From a virus, in the IMG/VR virus record IMGVR_UViG_3300040758_000214, positions 64,001 through 128,000 of that record: a DNA stretch of 64,000 nt; one strand, 5' to 3'. The position numbers were made by a program, and so were the translations under genes. The first letter of the stretch is position 1; every line of letters starts with the position of its first letter. Below the pieces are notes generated by a model. The model made no database searches. It was not told the DNA's origin and saw only the letters and a program-made list of their open reading frames with translations. Shown here piece by piece: positions 29,639-39,898 of this stretch.

Positions 29639-30283
29639 TTACCCTTTACGGCCACTAGTTTTCAGATATTCAAGATTATCATTTTCCTGAATAACATAAT
29701 TCAATCCTACTTCTTTTCCACACGCAAGGGCACGAGGAATATTGCTACCAATATTCAGAACTTCCTTAAGAAACTCTGCAACCTGTCCAACAGTTTTTCC
29801 GATTACATTAAAATTCCCAGAGGAAGCTCCACAAGAAACATGAATAGTGGATTTAATTCTATCGGATGAAGAATTAGGATTAACAACAGTATTCTTCATT
29901 GTTATTTCCATCGTAGAAATACCACCAATTGACGGACCAGTAACTGTGGATCTTACAGGAGCACTAGCCACACCAATCTTAGAAAGAATAGCTGCAACTA
30001 ATTCATCCTTAGGTTTTTTACTCATTCCAGAAATACTAAGTTCCTGACAAATTTCACGAAGATCAGAATTGGTCAACTCTAGAAGACCTTCTTTTGTATA
30101 ACGAGGAGCTGTAGCAGAAGAAGTCTGATTGTTGGCGGTTGAACCAGCCTTGGATAAAATTGCTTCCATGATAACATCTTTACGTGCTTTACTCATTCCA
30201 GTGATACCAAGACTCTGGCAAATTTCACGAAGCTCACCATTGGTTTTTTCAACTAATTCGCCATAATTATAAGTTCTTGCCAT
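29639..30283 (-). CDS. Ubiquitin-like (beta-grasp) protein with two N-terminal Rho-N/HEH repeats, C-terminus ...SGRKG
   Basis: Two ~43-aa repeats (ELREICQSLGITGMSK / DLREICQELSISGMSK); C-terminal ~70 aa GKTVGQV...YVIQENDNLEYLKTSGRKG. Confidence 0.8.
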   Translation of the reverse strand: MARTYNYGELVEKTNGELREICQSLGITGMSKARKDVIMEAILSKAGSTANNQTSSATAPRYTKEGLLELTNSDLREICQELSISGMSKKPKDELVAAILSKIGVASAPVRSTVTGPSIGGISTMEITMKNTVVNPNSSSDRIKSTIHVSCGASSGNFNVIGKTVGQVAEFLKEVLNIGSNIPRALACGKEVGLNYVIQENDNLEYLKTSGRKG

Positions 30284-30376
30284 TTGTAATTCTCCTATTC
30301 ATTTTTTGGTTTTTACTACAATTAAAGTTATCCTTGTATAGAAAGGATTCTTAATTTAAAATTGTATAATTTGGTC

Positions 30377-31066
30377 TTACTTTTTCAATTCTCTAGACTT
30401 TGAATCTACTTTCATTGTTGTAATGTCAAAATATGCTTCTGAGTTTTTATAATTTTCCTGCAATACATTATAAAACGCACAGCACATTAGTGTTGCCGCA
30501 GCTAAATTGGTAAAATATAATTGAGGTTCACCAGCTGCAGATAATTCTTGGCAACTCATTTCATCTGGTGATTTATCATCAGGTTCATCAATTTCTGGAT
30601 GATAATCAGTCAAACTTGGCGTTAAATCTTCACCTCCTTTTCTTACATATATTTGAACATTACCATCTACATAATCATTCCCCCCGGAGATTAATGTAAT
30701 GTTGTTCAAACTTTTTGAATAATCTGATACAAGTTTTCTAGTTTTATGATTATCAACCGCTAAAAATACAGTATCACCATCTTCAATCAAAGTATCAATT
30801 ACATCTTTATTTACATAAAATGGAAATGATTTAAATTCAATATTATTAAATTTAGATTGAAGTTCAAATGATTTCACTTGTGCCTTATTTCCCATATTGG
30901 AAAAATCTTGTCTTTCAAAATTTTTGGTTTCATATTCATCACCATCAATTAAAGTCACATTTGCTTTGGTATTTGAATAATTAATAAACCTTGAAATTTT
31001 TTCTGATAAAATAGATCCAATTCCTCCTAATCCAATAATTTTAATCGTATGGCCAGAGTGGTACAC
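30377..31066 (-). CDS. E1/ThiF ubiquitin-activating-like enzyme
   Basis: GLGGIGS, IDGD, KNFERQ, NKA, AVDNHKTR, SGGN, putative catalytic MSC, QLYFTN. Confidence 0.9.
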   Translation of the reverse strand: MYHSGHTIKIIGLGGIGSILSEKISRFINYSNTKANVTLIDGDEYETKNFERQDFSNMGNKAQVKSFELQSKFNNIEFKSFPFYVNKDVIDTLIEDGDTVFLAVDNHKTRKLVSDYSKSLNNITLISGGNDYVDGNVQIYVRKGGEDLTPSLTDYHPEIDEPDDKSPDEMSCQELSAAGEPQLYFTNLAAATLMCCAFYNVLQENYKNSEAYFDITTMKVDSKSRELKK

Positions 31067-32228
31067 TTATAAGCTCCTCTGTTTCTATAATTTTACTACG
31101 ATCATCTTTTTCTTTTTTGGTTATAAATGTATCATCTTTTTTGCATTTTTTAATCATACCTAATAATTCTTTTTCATCTTTAGCAAACTTTAAATTACAT
31201 TTATAACATGGATTAAAATATTTAGATTGTTGTGATTTAATGGCAGATGATGATATAGTTTGAGGTAAATTAGGTGTATGAATAGTTTTCTTTTGATTAT
31301 ACTCATGATCATCTACACCACCATTAACTCTATTCATATACCTATAAAACCACATATCATTTTCAAGGTCATCATTTATATTTCCACCATATCCACCATC
31401 ACTATAAAAACTATATCCATTATTATGTTGTCCATATCCTCCAAAACTATAAGCTTTTCTGAAATTATATTTCTCAACATTTATTAACCATTTTGGATCA
31501 CATTCTACACTTGATAAATGTTGTGAAATTATATATCCTGTTGTAGTTTTCATTTCCTTTTGATAAACTTTTTCTTTCCCAATTACTTCATATTTTGGTC
31601 TAAACATTGACTTAAAATATTTTGTATATTCAGTTTTATAAACTCCATCAATATAATCCAATGGATCAACTTCAACTCTATAACCATTTGACGCTATGGA
31701 TGCTACAATTTTATGAGTATCAGAATCAATTTCTCCAACAGTAATATGCAAACCATCAAAATCTTCTTCATCATGAGTATCTGTTCCAGAGTGAAAGGCG
31801 CTGAATCCTGGATGACTATGAATTGAACATACTGGTTGATAATTTTTTATAGATATCTGATAATTATCTTCCACATTAACACTTGCTCCTGAAACTGATT
31901 GCTCTGGAATATGCACCTTAAATGCCTTTTTCTTTGGATTATAATAAATAATTGCTAATCCTTCTGCTCTATGCCCATGATATACTTTTTTGAAAAAGTC
32001 AAATATTTGTGCATATATAATTCCAGGAATTTTTGGAATATCCATTGATGCATAACATCCAATATCTTCTAGAAATGATATATTTTTTACTGGAACTAAA
32101 CTATCTATTAATCCCATTTTTTTCTTTAAATATACACCACCTTTAGCGATAATATAACATATATCGTCTTTTGGCATTCCTTGTTCTTTATCAAATGTAT
32201 ATACATTAAACATACTATTATTAGACAT
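31041..32228 (-). CDS. JAB/MPN (JAMM) metallo-isopeptidase
   Basis: AEG...PEQSVSGASV...SIHSHPGFSAFHSGTD..DE...GLHITVG. Confidence 0.9.
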   Translation of the reverse strand: MSNNSMFNVYTFDKEQGMPKDDICYIIAKGGVYLKKKMGLIDSLVPVKNISFLEDIGCYASMDIPKIPGIIYAQIFDFFKKVYHGHRAEGLAIIYYNPKKKAFKVHIPEQSVSGASVNVEDNYQISIKNYQPVCSIHSHPGFSAFHSGTDTHDEEDFDGLHITVGEIDSDTHKIVASIASNGYRVEVDPLDYIDGVYKTEYTKYFKSMFRPKYEVIGKEKVYQKEMKTTTGYIISQHLSSVECDPKWLINVEKYNFRKAYSFGGYGQHNNGYSFYSDGGYGGNINDDLENDMWFYRYMNRVNGGVDDHEYNQKKTIHTPNLPQTISSSAIKSQQSKYFNPCYKCNLKFAKDEKELLGMIKKCKKDDTFITKKEKDDRSKIIETEELISVPLWPYD

Positions 32229-34767
32229 TGAAAAACCTCCAGTCCTTTCTATAAATTCTTGGTAAATAATCTATGGGAATAAATCCACTTAAGAAATTTG
32301 GTAAAACATAAGTATACGTAGATGGTGCTTTGGCATTGGATTCAATAAATCTTTGTGTACATATACCAGACAACTTTTTGGATGAAATATTTTGTGTAGC
32401 ATAGGTATAAGAATCGCATAATGCTGATTGAATATCTATAGACTCTTGTTTTGTTAATACCAATTCTCTAATATTATTTTTATCAATGATTATATCTCCC
32501 GGTTGAAATTTAATATGATCAGTATTTTCAAAAATTGTAACTTTTAATTTCTTATAAACTGGATCCTCCCTATTTACAAATTTAAAATTCTTTAGATTTT
32601 CTTCTTCCATCCAAATTGCAGAATAATTAGAAGTTAGAATTAAAGGATATTTATCTGTATCAACTAATATTGCCATGACTAAATGTGTATCTTTCTTTAA
32701 GAATAATGGAATTTTATTTACAGTTACAATTTTGTCTCCAACTGAAATTCCATTTAGATTAGTTACACATTTCCTAACTTTCTCTACAGAAATTATCATA
32801 GATCTAAAATCAATGTATTCAATACTTTTTATATTACCTTTACAATCTACAGTATCAATATACATTTTAAATGTTTCTTTACAGAAATTAAATCCTGTTA
32901 TATTTCTATGAATAAACATTTCTGGTGGATTATCCCAATCAACATAAATAATATTATCTCCAATTTTAAAATCAATATTAAAACATAATCCTTTTAATTG
33001 TATAGAATTATTATCTTTTAAAATTTCAGATTTTACTATATCTAATCTTTGTTCCATTATAATCGAATCATTATTTCTAGAATTTTTAATCATTAGAATA
33101 ATATTATTATTAGTTATATATAATTTATGATCATTTGTAATTTGGCAAATACTTTCTTTCAAATCATTGATTATAATTGTATTTCCATATGAGAAAATTG
33201 AAAGATTTTCTCTTTCATTCTCAACATGAGGAGCTATTCTATTATCTATATCAGAATGCTTAATATGATATAAGTTTTCTCCTAATTTAAATTGTAAATA
33301 AAATATCCCCCTAATTATTTCTGCTTTTTCAAAAGTTATTATAGCATTTCCAAATATAATTGATGCTCTAGTTCTTGATTTACCTTTATCTACATATAAG
33401 TTTCCTTTCTTAAAATTAATATTATTTATAGTTAAATCTTCTGGATTTATTATTTCTATATTCTTTAATGATTCTAAAATATAATAATCAGTTCCAATTA
33501 AAAATTCTATTTTTCCTCTTCTATTACTTCTAATTTTCTCAATTTTCTTAAATTCTTTAACTTCAGAATTTTTATCAATACAAATTATATCTCCTATTTT
33601 ATAAATTATTCCATTCAATTCATACTCAGTTAAAATATTTTCTTTATTATATGTATTTTTTATTGCAGATAATAAAGAACTATCACTTATTTTATATTTA
33701 ACAAATTCTCCTTTTGAATTCTCTAACATTACTCCACTTATAGTACTAGAATCTATAAATGATTGTTTAGTTGCTGGATCTATTTTTATAGTCCCTAAAA
33801 ATTCATAGATATAATGTTTTTCATCATTAATTACAATTTCATCTCCAATTCCTAATGCATGTTCATCTGTGAAATAATGACTTTGACAATGTGATGTGAC
33901 AGTTTTTGGATCTAATTTAACAGAAGGAATATTACATATCATATCTATAGTATCTTTAAATAAATATGCTCCAGCATTATCAATATTACTTCTATCCCCA
34001 CCATTAAAATTTCTAGTCAAATCTTGTATTTCTGAAATGATATTAAAATTAAATGTTTTCCATTTTGTAGAAAATATAAACATAGGATCAATTGATGTAT
34101 TATATTCCCAATGTAAAAATGATGAAACTTCTGGTACATCATTATACATATTATAAACATATGTAATATCACCATTGAATTGATTAGCCCAAAATGCATT
34201 AATTAATTCTTCTACTTTTTCTCCTAATGATAGATTAGTATTTTTGGCATTATTTGGACCTAAACATACATGACCATTAGAGTCAAGATTTGTAAAATTT
34301 GCATGTAATAAATAATCATGAAATGATGACATTGGGTGTAATCTAAAAAATACTCTAAGTTCTTTAGGGCAATCATCCAAAAATGCAAGGAAGAAAACTA
34401 CATATGGAAATGATAAATTAAAATAATAAGGAGGTTTATTTTTTAGAAAGTCGGAATAACCATACTCTTTTAATCTTCCAGTTCGTCTTAAATTTTCTAT
34501 AACAGTATCGAATTGTAAATCAACACAAATATTTCTTATAGCAGGAGGTTCTTCAATAATTAAATATGTATAATTTTCAATTTGTTTGTAAAACCTACAG
34601 TTTCTAGGTAAAATATCAGATTGAATATTGTTTGAGGCATATAATCTATCATAAAAATCTTTAGTTTTAATATGTTTTACTTCTGAAAGAACATTAAATG
34701 TATCTGAATTTTCTGTTAATGGTTTTACTAAACGAACTTCATTTTGATTAATTAAAATATGTTCCAT
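32221..34767 (-). CDS. Prokaryotic E2 family D domain plus ~600-aa tail with repeated KOW/SH3-like motifs
   Basis: IEEPPAIR, SFPYVVF, ANFTNLDSNGHVCLG, FWANQFN; tail motifs IGDEI, KIGDII, KKGNLY, KIGDNI, SVGDKI, QPGDII. Confidence 0.75.
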   Translation of the reverse strand: MEHILINQNEVRLVKPLTENSDTFNVLSEVKHIKTKDFYDRLYASNNIQSDILPRNCRFYKQIENYTYLIIEEPPAIRNICVDLQFDTVIENLRRTGRLKEYGYSDFLKNKPPYYFNLSFPYVVFFLAFLDDCPKELRVFFRLHPMSSFHDYLLHANFTNLDSNGHVCLGPNNAKNTNLSLGEKVEELINAFWANQFNGDITYVYNMYNDVPEVSSFLHWEYNTSIDPMFIFSTKWKTFNFNIISEIQDLTRNFNGGDRSNIDNAGAYLFKDTIDMICNIPSVKLDPKTVTSHCQSHYFTDEHALGIGDEIVINDEKHYIYEFLGTIKIDPATKQSFIDSSTISGVMLENSKGEFVKYKISDSSLLSAIKNTYNKENILTEYELNGIIYKIGDIICIDKNSEVKEFKKIEKIRSNRRGKIEFLIGTDYYILESLKNIEIINPEDLTINNINFKKGNLYVDKGKSRTRASIIFGNAIITFEKAEIIRGIFYLQFKLGENLYHIKHSDIDNRIAPHVENERENLSIFSYGNTIIINDLKESICQITNDHKLYITNNNIILMIKNSRNNDSIIMEQRLDIVKSEILKDNNSIQLKGLCFNIDFKIGDNIIYVDWDNPPEMFIHRNITGFNFCKETFKMYIDTVDCKGNIKSIEYIDFRSMIISVEKVRKCVTNLNGISVGDKIVTVNKIPLFLKKDTHLVMAILVDTDKYPLILTSNYSAIWMEEENLKNFKFVNREDPVYKKLKVTIFENTDHIKFQPGDIIIDKNNIRELVLTKQESIDIQSALCDSYTYATQNISSKKLSGICTQRFIESNAKAPSTYTYVLPNFLSGFIPIDYLPRIYRKDWRFFNV

Positions 34768-34803
34768 AATGTATTCACCCTTTCACGATTCAATAATTTG
34801 GTT

Positions 34804-35106
34804 TTATTTTTTAATATAGAATCTTTCTTTTGTTGGTGTTTCTAAATATTCAACTCTATCATATGGAATACTTCTCCATTCTTTCTTTTCTAAATCAAAA
34901 ACTCTAAGGATATTTTGTTTTACTAAATTTAATATTGCTGCTAAATCAACTTTTTTAGGTTGTTTTATTTTTGGAATCAAATCAAATTGTAAAGTACATT
35001 TCATCATCCTTATTGTTTTATCTTTTTTAATAAATCTAATTATCACTTCTGGTTGTGTTCTTATAATCTTTAAAAAATCAATTGCATTATTTATTGGTTC
35101 ATTCAT
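34804..35106 (-). CDS. WYL-like SH3 beta-barrel protein
   Basis: FIKKDKTIRMMKCTL...VFDLEKKEWRSI. Confidence 0.7.
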   Translation of the reverse strand: MNEPINNAIDFLKIIRTQPEVIIRFIKKDKTIRMMKCTLQFDLIPKIKQPKKVDLAAILNLVKQNILRVFDLEKKEWRSIPYDRVEYLETPTKERFYIKK

Positions 35107-35112
35107 ATCATA

Positions 35113-36138
35113 TTAAACTCCTCTTTTTTCTGTATGAAGTATTTCATCTTTATTATCGGACAAGTTCGTGTGGAGAACACAGGTCCAATTACATCTAAGA
35201 CAAAGTTCTTTCTTATCCCTTTTAATTAAATCTAAGAATAAAGGATTTATTTTTCCATCGTAATCCAAGAAATTTGTAACTGAAGCAGATGTAGTATGTC
35301 TTCCACCAATCCTGAGGCATAATCTACATGCTCCATCCGCGTCAATTGTGATATTTGTTAAATTCTTTTCTAATTCACAATCATATTCACTTGGTAATAT
35401 CTCAAATAATTTTGGTAATAATTTATCTGCCATATGAACATCTAATTTTTCATCTATTATTCTTTTAAATATGTCAGATAATTCTTTTGTTGGTTTGACT
35501 AAAACATTTTCATCTGTAACATTTGCAAAATCATAATATGGAGATTTAGAAATATCTATAAATGTAATATCAGATGATATTCCATTATTTGAAAGTTCTT
35601 TAACTAATGGATAAAGATATTTAACATTGTCATTATCAACTGTTATTTCTGCAACCAAATCTTTTATTTTTCCTTTTAAACTCTTAAGTCTATTAAACCC
35701 TGCAATGCATTTTTTGTATCTATCATTGTCTTTAGATATATTAGGATCAAATATTAAAGGATCTACGGAACTTGATAAACCTTTCACCTCTACTTTTTCT
35801 AAAAGATCATTTAATGATTTCTGAACTGAATTTGAATTATTTGTGATAATTGTATAATATATATCATTTGAATTACAATATGCAATTATTTGTGGTAAAT
35901 CATTTCTTAATAAGGGTTCTCCTCCATAGAAAATATGAAAGCAATCTGGGTTATGTTTTTTTAGTTTAGATAATCCCTCAAGTACTGTTTTGGTTGACAT
36001 TTCATTCTTATAAAAATGCCCAATATCAGGATATTCTCTTGGTTTATTTTCATAGTCAGATACTATTCTACAGTATGAACATTTTAAATTACAACGTCTT
36101 GTTAATAACCAATTTACTATTCTTATTTTATCTGCCAT
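35113..36138 (-). CDS. Radical SAM enzyme with C-terminal SPASM/twitch-like Cys cluster
   Basis: CNLKCSYC, YGGEPLLR, ITN; CRLC...CLRCNWTC. Confidence 0.9.
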   Translation of the reverse strand: MADKIRIVNWLLTRRCNLKCSYCRIVSDYENKPREYPDIGHFYKNEMSTKTVLEGLSKLKKHNPDCFHIFYGGEPLLRNDLPQIIAYCNSNDIYYTIITNNSNSVQKSLNDLLEKVEVKGLSSSVDPLIFDPNISKDNDRYKKCIAGFNRLKSLKGKIKDLVAEITVDNDNVKYLYPLVKELSNNGISSDITFIDISKSPYYDFANVTDENVLVKPTKELSDIFKRIIDEKLDVHMADKLLPKLFEILPSEYDCELEKNLTNITIDADGACRLCLRIGGRHTTSASVTNFLDYDGKINPLFLDLIKRDKKELCLRCNWTCVLHTNLSDNKDEILHTEKRGV

Positions 36139-36147
36139 TACACCTCC

Positions 36148-36360
36148 TTATACCATTACTAATTCTTCATTGCATGCCATACAAATAAAAGTTTGAATTG
36201 GTTGCATCTCTTCCTTACCTGTGGGTGAAATTAAAATAGAAATTTTCTTTATTCTTATTGCAGTTATAAAATAAATCCCTTCACATTTTGTACATTTAAT
36301 ATCCGGACATTCTGCTAAATTAATTTTTATAGACTGTTGTGGTTGCATTGCTTGCCCCAT
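36148..36360 (-). CDS. Small zinc-ribbon protein
   Basis: CTKC...SPTGKE...CMAC. Confidence 0.65.
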   Translation of the reverse strand: MGQAMQPQQSIKINLAECPDIKCTKCEGIYFITAIRIKKISILISPTGKEEMQPIQTFICMACNEELVMV

Positions 36361-36379
36361 TTTAACCTCTCTTTTATTT

Positions 36380-36607
36380 TTATGTTAATATTATTAAACT
36401 TATAACTCTAAAACAACAATATATTATTATAACCATATCCATAGCAATAATAATTCCTAAAAATATACCCGTTAAAATCATAAATTTTTTTACGAGTATA
36501 TTTTCTTCATCTTTTAAATTTTTTAGTAGTGAAAATAAACATATAAATAATATCACTCCTATTATAAAACCACCAAAACTACTTCCAACATAATCAATAT
36601 TCCCCAT
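36380..36607 (-). CDS. Small 2-TM membrane protein
   Basis: Two hydrophobic segments. Confidence 0.55.
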   Translation of the reverse strand: MGNIDYVGSSFGGFIIGVILFICLFSLLKNLKDEENILVKKFMILTGIFLGIIIAMDMVIIIYCCFRVISLIILT

Positions 36608-36624
36608 AATTTATAAACCTCATA

Positions 36625-36888
36625 TTATTTCTCTTCCTCATCTCCACAACTATTACAAGATATTAATTGTCTACCACATCTTGGGCATCTCTCCATATCA
36701 CATCCAATATGATGAACACCACCAAATTTAATATTACAATCATGGCATCTTTGACTAGGCCCGCCATAATCCGGAGTATATGGAACTTGTGCCATTTTAA
36801 CTCCATCAGGATATTCTATATCTTCAACTATACAACTTATTGTTTTTTCATCCATCATTTCTTGTTTACATGCTCCGCATATTGCCAT
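36625..36888 (-). CDS. Cys-rich zinc-binding phage protein
   Basis: RCHDC...GGVHHIGCDMERCPRCGRQLISC. Confidence 0.7.
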   Translation of the reverse strand: MAICGACKQEMMDEKTISCIVEDIEYPDGVKMAQVPYTPDYGGPSQRCHDCNIKFGGVHHIGCDMERCPRCGRQLISCNSCGDEEEK

Positions 36889-36900
36889 ATATTCACCTTT

Positions 36901-39099
36901 CTACTTTTTATTAAAGAAACTCAAAACTTCGTCAGCTTCTATAGAATCTATATGTCTATGACTTATTAAAAATATAGATTTATCCTTTGCTAAATATCTT
37001 AATATCTTAGACACATAACCTATATTTTCATCATCTAATGCATCAAAGATTTCATCAAATAACATTATGTTGAATTTAACATCTTGAACTAAACATTGTA
37101 AATCTGATAATGTTAAAATTGTTGCAATATCTACAACTCTTGTTTGCCCTCCAGATAATTTTTTTCTCATATTTGCTTTAGTTTGTGTGTCTAAAACATT
37201 TACAGAAATCTTATCTCTAAATTCTCCAGACTTAGTTTCTCTCATGGTATCGAAAGATACAATATATCTTCCTCCACTAATTTTCTCAAGATATTCTGAA
37301 ACCTTACTGTTCATAAAGGGAATAGATTCATCTATTAATATATTAGGAATACCAGAAGGAGAGAACCCAATCTTCCAAAATTCAACCATTGTGATTAATT
37401 CTGATTGTTCTATAATTGACTTTTTCAACTCTTCTAATTCTTTAGTCAATTCAACTTTTCTATGAGTTAAAGATTCTAAAATTTCTTCATCAAATTTATC
37501 ACTTTCTTTACTATTTAATTGAGTTTTAATAGATTCAATTGTCAATTTAATTTTATTAAAATTTTCTACTTTTTTTTTCTTTTCAGTATATTGAGTTAAA
37601 TAATTTACTAATTCATTATTTAATTCTAAACCTTTTTGTTTTACTGAATATACATTTTGGGTATAAGTCTTTTCTATTGTTTCTTTACATTCAATTAATT
37701 TATTTGATAGTTTTCCATATGCTTCTTTTAATTTATCTCCAATCTCTTTTATTTTATTTTTAGCATCTTCTTCAATAATATTTAATTTTTCTTTTAAATC
37801 TCTTTCATGTTCTCTTATAAGAATATCTAAATCTTCAATATCATGTAATAAACATTTAACATCCATTGATAAATTAGATTTTTGATCTCTTAATACTTTA
37901 ACTTCTTCATCTTTTTTATTAAGATGATCCTTTATATGTATTAACTTATCTTGCCCCACAACTTGTTGGCATAATTCACAAACAACTTCATCCTTATTCA
38001 AAGTGTCTATTAAACTTTTTATCTCTTTTTCTAATTTACTAATCTCTAAATCTGTTCTTTGAATATTCCTTTTATTATTTTCTAATGATACATTCATATT
38101 ACTTTTTAGTATTTTATATTTATTTACTACTTCTTGTTGAGTTGATAAATCTTTTATTTTATTATTTGATTCTAATTCAATTTCAGATTTTTGACTTGTG
38201 GCCTGATTTTTAAATTCTGATTGTTTTAATTGAACTTTAGCTTCTATATCTTTTATTTGATTTATTTTTTCTTGTTCAAACTTTTGTAATTGATTTTTCC
38301 AATTCTCTATCTCAATTTTTAAATTTGTAATCTTATTTTCAATATTATCTTTTTCTAAATATTTTAATTCTTTATCTAAATTTGAATATGTATCATTTTC
38401 CTGTTTTAATTTGATCTTTAGTTCTTCTATATCTAATTTTTTTCTTTTATTAAATTCTTCTTTTTGTGATATTACATTTTTAATTTGATTAGTAGTTTCT
38501 TGTATTAAATTATTTGTAACTTCTTGTTTAGTTTTAGATTTTTCAAATTCAATTTCTAATCCTTTTAATTTCTTATCTGCTTTTTTATAATAATCTACAT
38601 ATTCTTCCAATTGAAGGATCATTCTGAATATAGCCTTTTGATCCGTATCACCTAAGTCTGTAAAAAACGTTTTGCATTTTTGTGAGAAATAAAGAACATT
38701 CATAAGTAATTTTTGAGGGAGAATTAATTTTTCAATTTCTTCTAAAAATTCTTTATGTCCACGTTTTATATTTTCACCATTTTTTGTTAATATTACTGTA
38801 TTACCAAATTTCTTATGTTCACAATATCTGTCAGCTCTATATTTATCATTTCCTTCGAACCATGTCACCCATGTGTGACAATTACTTCCAATCTTATCAT
38901 TAACACAATCACTTCCAACCAAATCTTTTGAGGTCCTATTGTATAATGTATATGGGAGAATATCGAAAATTGTTGATTTGCCGCTTCCGTTTGGCCCCGT
39001 AATCAACGTAAGGGCCCCAGATCTTATGTCTAAAATAATAGGTGATATATAGTTACAAAAATTTTCAGCTCCAAATTGGATAAAATTTATGCTTCGCAA
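36901..39099 (-). CDS. sbcC: SbcC/Rad50 (T4 gp46-like) ATPase
   Basis: GPNGSGKS, coiled coil with CELC zinc hook, LSGGQ, FDEIFDALD, ISH. Confidence 0.93.
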   Translation of the reverse strand: MRSINFIQFGAENFCNYISPIILDIRSGALTLITGPNGSGKSTIFDILPYTLYNRTSKDLVGSDCVNDKIGSNCHTWVTWFEGNDKYRADRYCEHKKFGNTVILTKNGENIKRGHKEFLEEIEKLILPQKLLMNVLYFSQKCKTFFTDLGDTDQKAIFRMILQLEEYVDYYKKADKKLKGLEIEFEKSKTKQEVTNNLIQETTNQIKNVISQKEEFNKRKKLDIEELKIKLKQENDTYSNLDKELKYLEKDNIENKITNLKIEIENWKNQLQKFEQEKINQIKDIEAKVQLKQSEFKNQATSQKSEIELESNNKIKDLSTQQEVVNKYKILKSNMNVSLENNKRNIQRTDLEISKLEKEIKSLIDTLNKDEVVCELCQQVVGQDKLIHIKDHLNKKDEEVKVLRDQKSNLSMDVKCLLHDIEDLDILIREHERDLKEKLNIIEEDAKNKIKEIGDKLKEAYGKLSNKLIECKETIEKTYTQNVYSVKQKGLELNNELVNYLTQYTEKKKKVENFNKIKLTIESIKTQLNSKESDKFDEEILESLTHRKVELTKELEELKKSIIEQSELITMVEFWKIGFSPSGIPNILIDESIPFMNSKVSEYLEKISGGRYIVSFDTMRETKSGEFRDKISVNVLDTQTKANMRKKLSGGQTRVVDIATILTLSDLQCLVQDVKFNIMLFDEIFDALDDENIGYVSKILRYLAKDKSIFLISHRHIDSIEADEVLSFFNKK

Positions 39100-39125
39100 T
39101 AGTCCTCCTTCACCTTGAACTTAAT

Positions 39126-39875
39126 TTATTTTACTTTAATTATTTTTCGTCCAAGAATCCATTCTTCATTTAAATAATTATATACTAATTCTCTTTTAAC
39201 CATTTTTGATTTATTTGTTTTAATATTTAAAATCCAACAAAATCCTGAAGTTGAAAATTTAGATTTATCATATAATTCTTTTGCATGGGCAGAAACATGG
39301 GAACTATTGGTCATTAATTCCAAATTTTCTATTCTATTATCATCTTTAATTCCATTTATATGATGTACCACTTCATCTTTAGTTAAATATCTCCCTATAT
39401 GTTGTTCCATTATAAAACGATGCTCCAGTATAAAATTTCCTCTAGAATAAGGGTGATTCTCAATATATATTAAAATATATCCATCACCATCAACAAATCT
39501 TCCACCTTTCCAATTGGGATTTTTATTTCCTTTATTTAATCCTTTTAATGATGCTTTATATTCTTCTGATAATTTTTTATGAGGTTTATGTTTTCCACCT
39601 TTTCTACATTTAGAACATTTTGAACCAGCTAAATGATTATTTGGAAATTGTTCAAATATACCATGAATCTTACATATTATTTTTACTTTAATTCCTTGAT
39701 TAACATACACTGTTTCAGAATAATTAAATAAATCACCATGTATTTCTTTTGCTTTTTTAATAAACAACTCAGTATTATATAATTTACTTGATATAACTGA
39801 CACATGATGATTAAATAAAAATCTATTCTTTTCATTAGTTACTTCCCCACCACAACCACATTCACATAATTTCAT
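39126..39875 (-). mobile_element. Free-standing HNH homing endonuclease between sbcD and sbcC
   Basis: CECGCG, ICKIHG..Q....H..GSKCSKC, NPNWKGG, EHR..ME..IGR.L..DEVVHHINGIKDDNRIENL. Confidence 0.85.
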
Positions 39876-39898
39876 CTACATTTAAATCTCCTTATCTT

